From positions 1-45,116 of IMG/VR virus record IMGVR_UViG_3300021431_000034: DNA of 45,116 bases, one strand, 5' to 3'. Below are positions 9,137-17,402 of the stretch, one piece after another; the stretch's first letter is position 1; every line of letters starts with the position of its first letter. The translations under genes and the position numbers were made by a program. This DNA is from a virus. The notes beneath the pieces were generated by a model. That model saw only the letters and a list, made by a program, of their open reading frames with translations. It did not search any database and was not told the DNA's origin.

Positions 9137-9558
9137 GCTTCATCCACCTTGTCTTCAAGGGTAGTGGTGAAACCATTGTAATTCTGAACAAAGGTTGCAA
9201 AGTCCTGATATTCACCAGGGTCATCAACCATTGCCTGAAGAAGGTCTTCAGGGGTCATCACACCATAGCTGTCCTGAAGTTCCTTGTCATAAAGGTTCGG
9301 TTCAACGATACAAGCACAAAGCATCTTGCAAAGATACTTGGAAGTGTTCAGTTTCGGTCTGAACATGTTCGGCTTGCCCTTGATAGGAACTTCAATCATG
9401 CATTCATCCCTGATTGCTTCATTGTCCTTGGTGGAAAGTGGTTTGATAGACCAAAGAAGCGGTTCACCTTTTTCATCAACCAGGGATTTTGTTGCAGCAT
9501 AGGTTGTGTTCTCTTTCTGAATTTTGTTCTTCTTCATGAATCTTGTAAACTGTGACAT
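9127..9558 (-). CDS. Tail assembly chaperone (XkdN-like)
   Basis: 143 aa. It lies between the tube and tape measure genes and ends ...DEAKN* on a slippery heptamer. Confidence 0.75.
   Translation of the reverse strand: MSQFTRFMKKNKIQKENTTYAATKSLVDEKGEPLLWSIKPLSTKDNEAIRDECMIEVPIKGKPNMFRPKLNTSKYLCKMLCACIVEPNLYDKELQDSYGVMTPEDLLQAMVDDPGEYQDFATFVQNYNGFTTTLEDKVDEAKN
9130..9136 (-). promoter_or_regulatory. Candidate -1 programmed ribosomal frameshift heptamer A_AAA_AAC
   Basis: The minus strand reads GCA AAA AAC TAA. The heptamer is in the X_XXY_YYZ register and sits immediately before the stop. Confidence 0.6.
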
Positions 9559-9589
9559 GGTTTTGCACCATCCTTTCTTTTTAATAATC

Positions 9590-9638
9590 TTAAAACCAAA
9601 ATAAAACCCCTTGCTTCACTTTTGATGAAACAAGGGGT
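9590..9638 (-). terminator. Rho-independent terminator after the tail tube gene
   Basis: The minus strand reads ACCCCTTGTTTCA-TCAAAAG-TGAAGCAAGGGGT, a 13-bp stem with one G-U pair. It is followed by TTTTATTTTGGTTTT. Confidence 0.8.
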
Positions 9639-9649
9639 CAATTGTCCTT

Positions 9650-10123
9650 TTACTTCATACCATTAAGCAGGTTGAAGGTTTCAGGCATCTTGAAGTCTTC
9701 AAAAGTGAAGTCCATATCTTCATCAAGGTATTCACCATCAGCATCAAACTTTGCCAGGATTCCACCATCAATGTTGCATCCAAGGAAAACAACTGTCTGT
9801 CTTCCTGCATCAGAAGTGGGGTCTTCATTGGTGACCTGAATTTCAAAATACACATCTTCACCAGTGTCCTTGTAGTGCTGCATCATCTGTCTGAAGATGG
9901 ATGAATTGTAATGGAAAGTTGCAGAACCTGTTCCCTTCCAACCAGTTGACTTGTTACCCATTCCAGTCTTTCCAAGAATGGGAATTTCAGTCTTGGTTCT
10001 TTCAAAGTTTGCTTCAAAATTGATTGCCTGCATGAAGTTGTATCTGTTGTTTCCAACAGTGACAAAGCATTCAGCAAGTTTTGCAGATAAAGCATCCTTT
10101 GCTTTCATTGTGATATTGTTCAT
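9650..10123 (-). CDS. Tail tube protein (XkdM-like)
   Basis: 157 aa, directly after the sheath gene, with motif ECFVTVGNNRYNFMQAINFEANFERTKTEIPILG. Confidence 0.8.
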   Translation of the reverse strand: MNNITMKAKDALSAKLAECFVTVGNNRYNFMQAINFEANFERTKTEIPILGKTGMGNKSTGWKGTGSATFHYNSSIFRQMMQHYKDTGEDVYFEIQVTNEDPTSDAGRQTVVFLGCNIDGGILAKFDADGEYLDEDMDFTFEDFKMPETFNLLNGMK

Positions 10124-10145
10124 TGCTTTTCACCTGTCCTTTCTT

Positions 10146-11450
10146 TTACTGAATGGTCACTGTCATGTACAGTTTTTCCATTGCATTCACAACAGTCACT
10201 GCATCAGACACAACAACAGCTTTCTTGGTTTCACCCTGGGCAACCGTCACATCAGTGTCAGCGAAGTCTTCAATTGCCCTGATTGCCTGAAGATTCATGT
10301 GATGCTGAACAATGTCAGACCAAAGACTGATTCTTCCTGCATTGTCATTGGGAACAACCCCAAGATACTTGGTGTTGAAAAGAACCGCAATGTCATTTGC
10401 AATTTGGTCAATCACTCTGATGGTCTGATTGTCCTTGAAGATGTCACCCTTGGTGTCAGAAGTAGTCACAAGGGAATTGATGTCCGAAAGCACACGAACA
10501 TCATCACCGACCTGATGAAGGGTGAATTCACCTGCCTTGATAGCAGCTTCAAGCTGTGACTGTGTATAGTCCACATTCACTTCAAATTCACCATCATATC
10601 TGTGATTCAGTGCAGAAGCATTGACAGCAGTTCCTGCCACAATACCAGTCACCCAATAAACAAGGGAAGCTGCATCAGAACCATCAGAAACAGTGTTCTT
10701 GACATTGACAACACCTTCATAATCAGCAGCCTTGTTATATACAACCACCTGGAACTTCTTGCCCATTTCATCACGAAGACGCTTGCAATAGTTCACATAA
10801 AGACCCTTGATGGAATCAGTGGAAGATACACAACCAAGTGCATTGAAGGACTTTGCTTCCAGTTTATCCAGGAAAGCCTGATGTGCAGCACCGTCAACAG
10901 CACTGTTTGTTCCACCTGCAAGTGCAGTTCCTGCTGTTGCAGCAAGTGTTGCAGTGCTGTCAAAGTCAACCCAATCATTAGAAACAAGACCAGTTGCATC
11001 AGCAACAGTCTGAACATCCATGATAGTTGAACCAAGCACTGTGGACACATCCCACTTGGTGTTGTCATCAGCATTCTTTGCAATGACAATCTTCAGGTCA
11101 TTGCCCCTTGTGCCTGCATACTTTGCAGTTGCAAAGGTATTGGAAGCCTTGACACCCCCACCATTCAGTCTGTAACAAAGAAGGGTGTTGATGTTTGCGA
11201 AAAGGTCACGAAGACCCTTCAGACTTTCATGGTCATAAGAATAACCGAAAATCTTCAAACTGTTCTTCTGAAAATCACCACTGGTGACTTCAAAGATACT
11301 TCCAGTCACACCCCAATTCAGTTCAACACCAATTGCAGCAATTCCCCTGTCCGAAAGTGTAGCACTTGCAGCAGCAAGGGAAACAAAATTGATGTAAGCA
11401 CCAGGAAGCACCTTGTTCTGTGCAGTAAAAGTTCCACCGCCTAAAGCCAT
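10146..11450 (-). CDS. Contractile tail sheath protein (XkdK-like)
   Basis: 434 aa. The N-terminus MALGGGTFTAQNKVLPGAYINFVS is characteristic of phage sheath proteins. Confidence 0.9.
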   Translation of the reverse strand: MALGGGTFTAQNKVLPGAYINFVSLAAASATLSDRGIAAIGVELNWGVTGSIFEVTSGDFQKNSLKIFGYSYDHESLKGLRDLFANINTLLCYRLNGGGVKASNTFATAKYAGTRGNDLKIVIAKNADDNTKWDVSTVLGSTIMDVQTVADATGLVSNDWVDFDSTATLAATAGTALAGGTNSAVDGAAHQAFLDKLEAKSFNALGCVSSTDSIKGLYVNYCKRLRDEMGKKFQVVVYNKAADYEGVVNVKNTVSDGSDAASLVYWVTGIVAGTAVNASALNHRYDGEFEVNVDYTQSQLEAAIKAGEFTLHQVGDDVRVLSDINSLVTTSDTKGDIFKDNQTIRVIDQIANDIAVLFNTKYLGVVPNDNAGRISLWSDIVQHHMNLQAIRAIEDFADTDVTVAQGETKKAVVVSDAVTVVNAMEKLYMTVTIQ

Positions 11451-11451
11451 T

Positions 11452-11658
11452 TTATTTCACCTGTCCTTTCATAAAATTGTTGTAAAGGTCATCCACTTCA
11501 GCAGCGGAATATTCCTTGTTGTCTTCAAGGATTGCACCAAGTGCATCCCTTCTGTACTCATTTGATTTTGCAGCAAGGATTGCAGCCTTGGAAAAAACAT
11601 CAGTCTGAACTTCCTTGACTTCATCCTGCTTCACAACTTCAGCTTCTTTCTTTGCCAT
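11452..11658 (-). CDS. Hypothetical small structural-module protein
   Basis: 68 aa. It is tightly packed between the tail-completion gene and the sheath gene. Confidence 0.5.
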   Translation of the reverse strand: MAKKEAEVVKQDEVKEVQTDVFSKAAILAAKSNEYRRDALGAILEDNKEYSAAEVDDLYNNFMKGQVK

Positions 11659-11664
11659 TGTTCA

Positions 11665-12099
11665 TCATCCTTTCACGCTTGTTTCATGTTCCAAGGTTTC
11701 CATTTCAGGTTCACCTTCCACTTCTTTGACCACAAACATGTCATAGTTTACAAAGAAGGAAAGCACACCATCATTCATTTCACCATTCATCTGTGTTCCC
11801 CTGGTCACATCACCATCAACAGTGATGTATTCCAAGCAATCCATCAGTCTTTCCTGAACATCAAAGGATTCAGACTTTGCATCATCCTTGGACTGTGGAA
11901 AGTAGTGGATGCAGAATAAATTGGTTCTGTAATACCTTTTACCAAGAAACTGTTTTGTTGATGGTTTTACAAGCACCACTGTGAAACATGGTTCTGTCAG
12001 ATTCTGCTGAACATCTTCAGTGTAGATTTCATAAGCATCACCAAATTCAGTGTTCAGTGCTTCACATATTCCATCAATAATCTTGTTCAGTGTTATCAT
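11665..12099 (-). CDS. Tail completion / terminator-like protein (XkdJ position)
   Basis: 144 aa. The call rests on synteny only. Confidence 0.45.
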   Translation of the reverse strand: MITLNKIIDGICEALNTEFGDAYEIYTEDVQQNLTEPCFTVVLVKPSTKQFLGKRYYRTNLFCIHYFPQSKDDAKSESFDVQERLMDCLEYITVDGDVTRGTQMNGEMNDGVLSFFVNYDMFVVKEVEGEPEMETLEHETSVKG

Positions 12100-12557
12100 T
12101 TGAATGCTTCACCCAACTTTCTTTCCAACTTTTTTTCAAGAACACCAGGTGCAGCTTCCTGAACTTCCTGACTTGAAATGGTCAACATGAACTTTCCTTC
12201 AACCCATCCTTTGTGGTTTCTTGTCCTGTGTCCAAATTCAACATAGGATGCATATTCAACTGGATTGACAATTTCAATGGTGAAACTGTCACCACTATGT
12301 GTCACATTCAAGCTATTCACATAGGTCATGACACCTTGCTGTTTTTCTGCTGTCCAACCCCTTCTTAAAGTTCCACCAACCCTGTCAGGGTAAACACCAA
12401 CTGGTGTCCTTTTGATGACTTTTGTCAGAAGTCTTGCAGCAAGTTCCTTTGCACATGCTTCCATGAATAACTGCACCTGGTCTTCATCAAGTACAGTTTC
12501 CACTTTATCCACAAATTTCTGAAGTTCCGAAAAATCCACCTTTCCCATTCTTGCCAT
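12096..12557 (-). CDS. HK97 gp10-family head-tail joining protein
   Basis: Motifs: RTPVGVYPDRVGGTLRRGW...YASYVEFGHRT. Confidence 0.8.
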   Translation of the reverse strand: MARMGKVDFSELQKFVDKVETVLDEDQVQLFMEACAKELAARLLTKVIKRTPVGVYPDRVGGTLRRGWTAEKQQGVMTYVNSLNVTHSGDSFTIEIVNPVEYASYVEFGHRTRNHKGWVEGKFMLTISSQEVQEAAPGVLEKKLERKLGEAFK

Positions 12558-12571
12558 TCACATTCACCGCC

Positions 12572-12952
12572 TTATGACCATTCCCTGAACAAGTCAAGAA
12601 CAATTTCCTGATGTGTGTCATACATTGCAGGAATTCCACTTTGCTGATAGTCAGTGGTCACATTATTCTGTGTCACTGTTATCTTTGAACCTGGTGCAAT
12701 CCTGACATCAGGTGAAATGAACAAGACTGTGACTTGAACAACCGCTGAAGCTGCATTGTCTGACTGACTTGTGTCTGTGATGTTCCTGAATGACAACCTG
12801 CAAGGTTCATCTTCCAAAACCACCACATCCTGAAAACCTGTTGATTTATTCGTCTTTTGGACTTTCTGATGTTCAGTGACTGTGCATGTTCCTTCATACA
12901 GTGATTCAAGTGCTTTCCTTGCCTTTTTCACCACTTTAGTTTGCGATAACAT
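12572..12952 (-). CDS. Head-tail adaptor / head closure protein
   Basis: 126 aa. The call rests on position and size in an SPP1 gp15/16-like arrangement. Confidence 0.5.
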   Translation of the reverse strand: MLSQTKVVKKARKALESLYEGTCTVTEHQKVQKTNKSTGFQDVVVLEDEPCRLSFRNITDTSQSDNAASAVVQVTVLFISPDVRIAPGSKITVTQNNVTTDYQQSGIPAMYDTHQEIVLDLFREWS

Positions 12953-13374
12953 ACTTCATCACCTGCACCTTCTGTCCTTAAATAGTTCACAAAAGCAGTG
13001 AACTTTTCATCATCAGATACACCACTTCCAAACTGGACTGTGGTGTCACCTTCTTTTATCTGTGTCACTGCACCATCAAGGTCAAGTGCTTCCAGTTCCA
13101 GTTTTCCAGTGCTTTTCAGTGAAAAAAGGAATTCACCACACACCCTGTCAACCGCAACATAGAAAAGTCCTTCAGGAACAGTCAGTGTGTTGCATGAATT
13201 CATGATGTGGGTGTTCACCTTCTGAATGCAGAAAGCAATCATCCATTCATCTTCACTGGTCACTGTATAACCAAAAGCTGAAAGTCTGTTCAGAACCGCT
13301 TCAACAAACGATTCTGAACTTTTGACTTCCAGTTTTTCAATGATGGTCAGTATTGCAGCAATGATTTCATCCAT
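12928..13374 (-). CDS. Head-tail connector (gp6-like DNA packaging protein)
   Basis: 148 aa. It lies directly after the capsid gene and has an acidic helical N-terminus. Confidence 0.55.
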   Translation of the reverse strand: MDEIIAAILTIIEKLEVKSSESFVEAVLNRLSAFGYTVTSEDEWMIAFCIQKVNTHIMNSCNTLTVPEGLFYVAVDRVCGEFLFSLKSTGKLELEALDLDGAVTQIKEGDTTVQFGSGVSDDEKFTAFVNYLRTEGAGDEVCYRKLKW

Positions 13375-13397
13375 GCAACATCACCACCCTTCCATGA

Positions 13398-14603
13398 TTA
13401 ACCCTTGGAAACCACCTTGCAAAGTGCAATTGCCTTGTGAGGAATAGCGGTCACACCATCATTGATGATGTTCCAGTTCGTACCATCTGCAAGGTGTGCA
13501 TTGGATGCCGAAGCAGTAAGTCCAACAGGCTTTTCAAAGGAAATGCCATCAACACCGCAAATGTAACGGTCACGAACATAAAGGGTGTCCTGACCACCAT
13601 TGGTCTTGGGGTCACGGCTCATTTCATAAGGAACAGCATCACCAATGTCATCCAGGATGATAGAACCATCACCAAGGATATAAGTGGTGTAAGAAGTGTC
13701 AGATGCAGTCACTTCATAATAAGTGCCAATATCAGACACATCAGGGTTTGCAACAGGTGTGTACACATAGTTAGGGGAAGAACCGCTTCTTGTGTAGTAG
13801 GTCTTGTCAGGGTCAAGTGCTACATCAGAAGTCTTTCCATAAGCAGTAGGAATCTGACCAGTAGGCATTGTGTCATCAATCAGAACAAGTCTGCCATTCC
13901 AAGTTGCAAGGGCAAGTTCCCTTTCAATTCCATCCTTGTCAGTCTGTGTCATGAACTTCAGAAGTTTCATGTTCTCAAGGTTGGTTGCAACTTCACTGTG
14001 CATGATGACAAGTTTGAAGATGTTCTTGTTGTCACCACAAGCCTTCTGAATTGCCTTGTTAAGAGTAGCAGCACCAACAACCTGGTCATCTGCACTTGCT
14101 TCACCAGTGATGTCATAGACATGCTTTGAAAGGAATTCAGCAGCAGCATTTGCAGCAACTGTTCCACCAACAGTGTTCATGCTGAATACACCCTGAAGGA
14201 TTGCAAGAAGCATGTTCTGCTTAACTTCCATCTTGTAGTCAGCAATCTGTGCAGCAACATTGTCCATGAAGTCAACACCTGCTGTGATGTTCTTGCTGAA
14301 ACTTCTTTCAGTCCAAGAATCCATTCTGCTTGCAACAACAAAACCCTGTTCATAGGTAGTTGTATTAGTAGACTGAATGTTGGTTGCACCATCATTGTTC
14401 TGACTGGTGCTTCCGCTGATTCTTCCGAAGTAAGGAATTCTTGCATATAAAGAACCAGTCTGATTGTTCAGTGCAGCCCTTGCCTGCTCATTAGTGCCAA
14501 CAGCACCACTCTTTGCAAGCTCATTCTTTGTGACATTCGGAATTCTTTTTACATAAGCACCAAATGCCTGTGGATTGAAACTTTTAGAATCAAATTTTGC
14601 CAT
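13398..14603 (-). CDS. Major capsid protein
   Basis: 401 aa. It follows the scaffold gene, has a strong RBS, and starts MAKFDSKSFNPQAFGAYVKRIP. Confidence 0.8.
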   Translation of the reverse strand: MAKFDSKSFNPQAFGAYVKRIPNVTKNELAKSGAVGTNEQARAALNNQTGSLYARIPYFGRISGSTSQNNDGATNIQSTNTTTYEQGFVVASRMDSWTERSFSKNITAGVDFMDNVAAQIADYKMEVKQNMLLAILQGVFSMNTVGGTVAANAAAEFLSKHVYDITGEASADDQVVGAATLNKAIQKACGDNKNIFKLVIMHSEVATNLENMKLLKFMTQTDKDGIERELALATWNGRLVLIDDTMPTGQIPTAYGKTSDVALDPDKTYYTRSGSSPNYVYTPVANPDVSDIGTYYEVTASDTSYTTYILGDGSIILDDIGDAVPYEMSRDPKTNGGQDTLYVRDRYICGVDGISFEKPVGLTASASNAHLADGTNWNIINDGVTAIPHKAIALCKVVSKG

Positions 14604-14639
14604 GATTATTCACCTTTACCTTTCATAATATTTTGATTT

Positions 14640-15245
14640 TTAATCAATCTTGGCATCAGGATGTTCAACCATGTATGCAGCAAGTTCAGAATAGGTCATC
14701 TTGGATGTATCAACACCCTGGTCACCTTCATCATTTCCTGCTTCACCTGGTTTTGCACCCTTCATCTGTTTCTTGGAATCCTTTGCTTCAAACAGGTAGT
14801 CATCTGATTTCTGCAATGCTGCAATCTGTTCAGCAAGACCCTTGATTGTTCCATCTTCCTGAAGTTCAGCCTTGTCCAAGTCCTTCAGAAGTGCCTTGAC
14901 AGCAGTGTTGTTCTTTGCCTTTGCAGATGCAAGTGCTGCATCCACCGCTGCATCAACCTTCAACTGTCTGACTTCTGCTGCATGTTCTTCATCCTTCTTC
15001 TTGTTGTCTGCCTGAAGCGTTTCAATCTGTTTCTTCAGTGCTTCAACATCACCAGTGGAATTCTTCAGGGTTTCAAGCTGTGAATCCCTGTCACGAACAT
15101 CCAGTTCCAACTTCTTCTTTTCGTTGTTGACTTCATCAAACCTTGCCTTTGGAATGTAACCTTTCAGTTCTTCCAGGGAAGCTGTTTCCAACTTCTTTGC
15201 AGTTTCTTCATCAACTCCAAGTTTCACAAATTCATCCTTTTTCAT
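14640..15245 (-). CDS. Scaffolding protein (phage GP20-like)
   Basis: A charged coiled coil starting MKKDEFVKLGVDEETAKKLE. The likely start is ATG 15245 behind AAAGGATGG; the track start at 15272 has no RBS. Confidence 0.75.
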   Translation of the reverse strand: MKKDEFVKLGVDEETAKKLETASLEELKGYIPKARFDEVNNEKKKLELDVRDRDSQLETLKNSTGDVEALKKQIETLQADNKKKDEEHAAEVRQLKVDAAVDAALASAKAKNNTAVKALLKDLDKAELQEDGTIKGLAEQIAALQKSDDYLFEAKDSKKQMKGAKPGEAGNDEGDQGVDTSKMTYSELAAYMVEHPDAKID

Positions 15246-15340
15246 GGTTTTGTACCATCCTTTCATAAACATTTGTTGCCTGGTTCAGTCCAGTTTCTTA
15301 TGTCTTGTTCTTTTTCGTCAGCAATACCAAAATGACGATA

Positions 15341-15387
15341 TATAAAAAGCAGCACCACCGACCATTTCAGGTCAATGACACTGCTTC
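15341..15387 (-). terminator. Rho-independent terminator after the MuF gene and the 49-aa ORF
   Basis: The minus strand reads AAGCAGTGTCATTGACC-TGAAAT-GGTCGGTGGTGCTGCTT, a 17-bp stem that includes G-U pairs. It runs into TTTTTATATAT. Confidence 0.75.
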
Positions 15388-15412
15388 TTAACAAGATATT
15401 CAGTTGTGAAGG

Positions 15413-15562
15413 TCAGTCTTCTGTGCTGTCCTTCTGTGATTGCTTCATGTATTCAGCAAATTCCTTTTTCAATTCTTCAGGTGCATCTTCTGTCAGATGC
15501 CAGTTGTCAGGTTCAGGAACAAAATATGGACTGTTCCAAAATGTAGGCATTGCCTGTGACAT
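15413..15562 (-). CDS. Small acidic ORF (49 aa), translationally coupled to the MuF-toxin gene
   Basis: ATG 15562 lies 1 nt after the upstream TGA (TGACATG), with RBS GAAAGGCGGTGA. The product is MSQAMPTFWNSPYFVPEPDNWHLTEDAPEELKKEFAEYMKQSQKDSTED. It is below the track's size cut-off. Confidence 0.5.
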   Translation of the reverse strand: MSQAMPTFWNSPYFVPEPDNWHLTEDAPEELKKEFAEYMKQSQKDSTED

Positions 15563-15563
15563 G

Positions 15564-17402
15564 TCAATCACCGCCTTTCAATTTTTCCAATGCTTCAGCA
15601 AGCATTTCTTCAAGTTGTCTTCCAAATTCCTGTGCAACAGGTCTTGGATTGTCTGAACACATATATTCAGAAAAGCATTCAGCAAACCATTCCATAGCAT
15701 CTTTTGTTGCATATCCGCTGACCTGCTTTCCAATGTCCGATATTTTGAACCCACATGCCTTCATGACCTTGGGTCTTAAATATGCAGAAACAGCTTTTGG
15801 TTTCCAACCATTCAGTCCTGCTGCATAGCAAGTGTATGTCAGGAAGTCATCAATTGCATGTCCTATTTCATGCATCACAATTGAATCCCCTGTTGCACAA
15901 CCCACTGGATGAAAACCTGCTTTGACATCACCTTGAAGACTTTTCAGCAACTTTTCATTGTTTCCAAAGAATTGTGTGTTCACTGTAATTCCACCATGTC
16001 CAAGACCAACCATGCAGTTTGCATATACAGTTCCATCCAGTTTTGCTGAATTGACTGCATTCAACTGACCCTGAAGACCAGGAAACTTCTGCATGACCTT
16101 TTCATAAGGTCTGTACACTGATTTTGCAGATTCCACATCCACACCATCAAGATTCATTCCATCAATTGACTTGATGACCTTTCCTTCAGGTGTCTTCATT
16201 TCATAGAACCATTCACCATGTGACTTGAACAAATCAGTAACATCTTCAGTGGTCTGACAATCATCAATGGTCTTTGGTGCTTCAGGTCTTGCAGAATCTG
16301 CTTCTGTCTTCACTTTACCATCAGGTGCAGCAGGTTTCAAGTTTTCAGTGTGACCTTCAACCATTGAATCCTTCCATTCCTGATAGGTCATGTTGTCAGG
16401 TACATAGTAGGTTTTACCATCTTCACCCCTTGCTGCCCTTTGTCCACCATAGTTGTCTTCAAAATATGGTGCTGTGACAGACCTGCAATTGGGATGAAAA
16501 GGTGGTGCAGTCACACCTGGTTCATAGTCAGTCATAGGGAAGTGCTTTCCATCCATTTCCTGACAGATTTCAGATGTGTGACTGTCCAGTGTTGCCACAA
16601 CTTCAAATTCTTCCACATCCAAGTCATTGAATGCTTCTTCTTGTGACACACTGTGGAAATATGCCTGTTCAGTCATCACCAGTCTTGATGCAGCAGCTTT
16701 GGCATTCTTGACCTTGCCATCCACAAACTTCTGCATGTGCCTGATTGCTTCATCAGGTGCTTTTCCCTGAACAAGTGTCCTTGTCAGTTCCTGATGCAGG
16801 TCACCAATCATCTGTTGCTTTCTTGACCATATCCTGTCAGAAAAGTTCTTTCCATCTGTTGACCAAGGTTTCTTGACCACCTTGTCAAGTTCCCTTTCAT
16901 CAATCTGACCGATTTCCCAACCAACATTGAAGCCTTTCTGAACTTCAAAGATGCTGTGATAGTAGTCTTCAGTGAAAACTTTCCTTGCCATTCTGTCAAC
17001 AGCATCCAGTTCATTCCCAAAAGCAACTTCAAGTGCCTGTTGTGAACGAAGCTGAAGTGCTTCCAGTCTTGAAATATGGAATCTTGCAGAAGCATTTTCA
17101 AGCTGCTTCATCCATTTTCCATCCAGTGCATTCTGCTGACCATATTTGATGTATTCCTGAACATCCCATTTCAATTCAGCAAGTTCCCTTGTGGTCAACA
17201 GTCTTCTTGCTTCAGCAAGGGTCACACCATTGTTGTCTGCAAAACGCTGATACCAAACTTCAATCTGTGCCTGAATGCTTCTTTGTGCCTGTGTGAATGC
17301 AGGTTCAACTTCCATATAGGTCTGCTGACCATAGGAATGTGACATCTGTTCAAGCTGTTCAAATCGTTTCTTCCAGTATGCAGATGACCTTTTCTTTGCC
17401 AT
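15564..17402 (-). CDS. Head morphogenesis protein (SPP1 gp7 / Mu F family) with a C-terminal lethal-factor-like zinc metalloprotease domain
   Basis: The MuF core reads VATLDSHTSEICQEMDGKHFPM..PPFHPNCRSVTAPY. The C-terminus has MHEIGHAIDD and, about 60 aa later, MEWFAECF. Compare anthrax LF HEFGHAVD and EFFAEAF. Confidence 0.8.
   Translation of the reverse strand: MAKKRSSAYWKKRFEQLEQMSHSYGQQTYMEVEPAFTQAQRSIQAQIEVWYQRFADNNGVTLAEARRLLTTRELAELKWDVQEYIKYGQQNALDGKWMKQLENASARFHISRLEALQLRSQQALEVAFGNELDAVDRMARKVFTEDYYHSIFEVQKGFNVGWEIGQIDERELDKVVKKPWSTDGKNFSDRIWSRKQQMIGDLHQELTRTLVQGKAPDEAIRHMQKFVDGKVKNAKAAASRLVMTEQAYFHSVSQEEAFNDLDVEEFEVVATLDSHTSEICQEMDGKHFPMTDYEPGVTAPPFHPNCRSVTAPYFEDNYGGQRAARGEDGKTYYVPDNMTYQEWKDSMVEGHTENLKPAAPDGKVKTEADSARPEAPKTIDDCQTTEDVTDLFKSHGEWFYEMKTPEGKVIKSIDGMNLDGVDVESAKSVYRPYEKVMQKFPGLQGQLNAVNSAKLDGTVYANCMVGLGHGGITVNTQFFGNNEKLLKSLQGDVKAGFHPVGCATGDSIVMHEIGHAIDDFLTYTCYAAGLNGWKPKAVSAYLRPKVMKACGFKISDIGKQVSGYATKDAMEWFAECFSEYMCSDNPRPVAQEFGRQLEEMLAEALEKLKGGD

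Noticed and set aside
13437-14129. 230-aa plus-strand ORF inside the capsid gene
   Set aside because: It is antisense to the major capsid protein. It is Cys/Arg/Ile-rich, and there are no translation signals.
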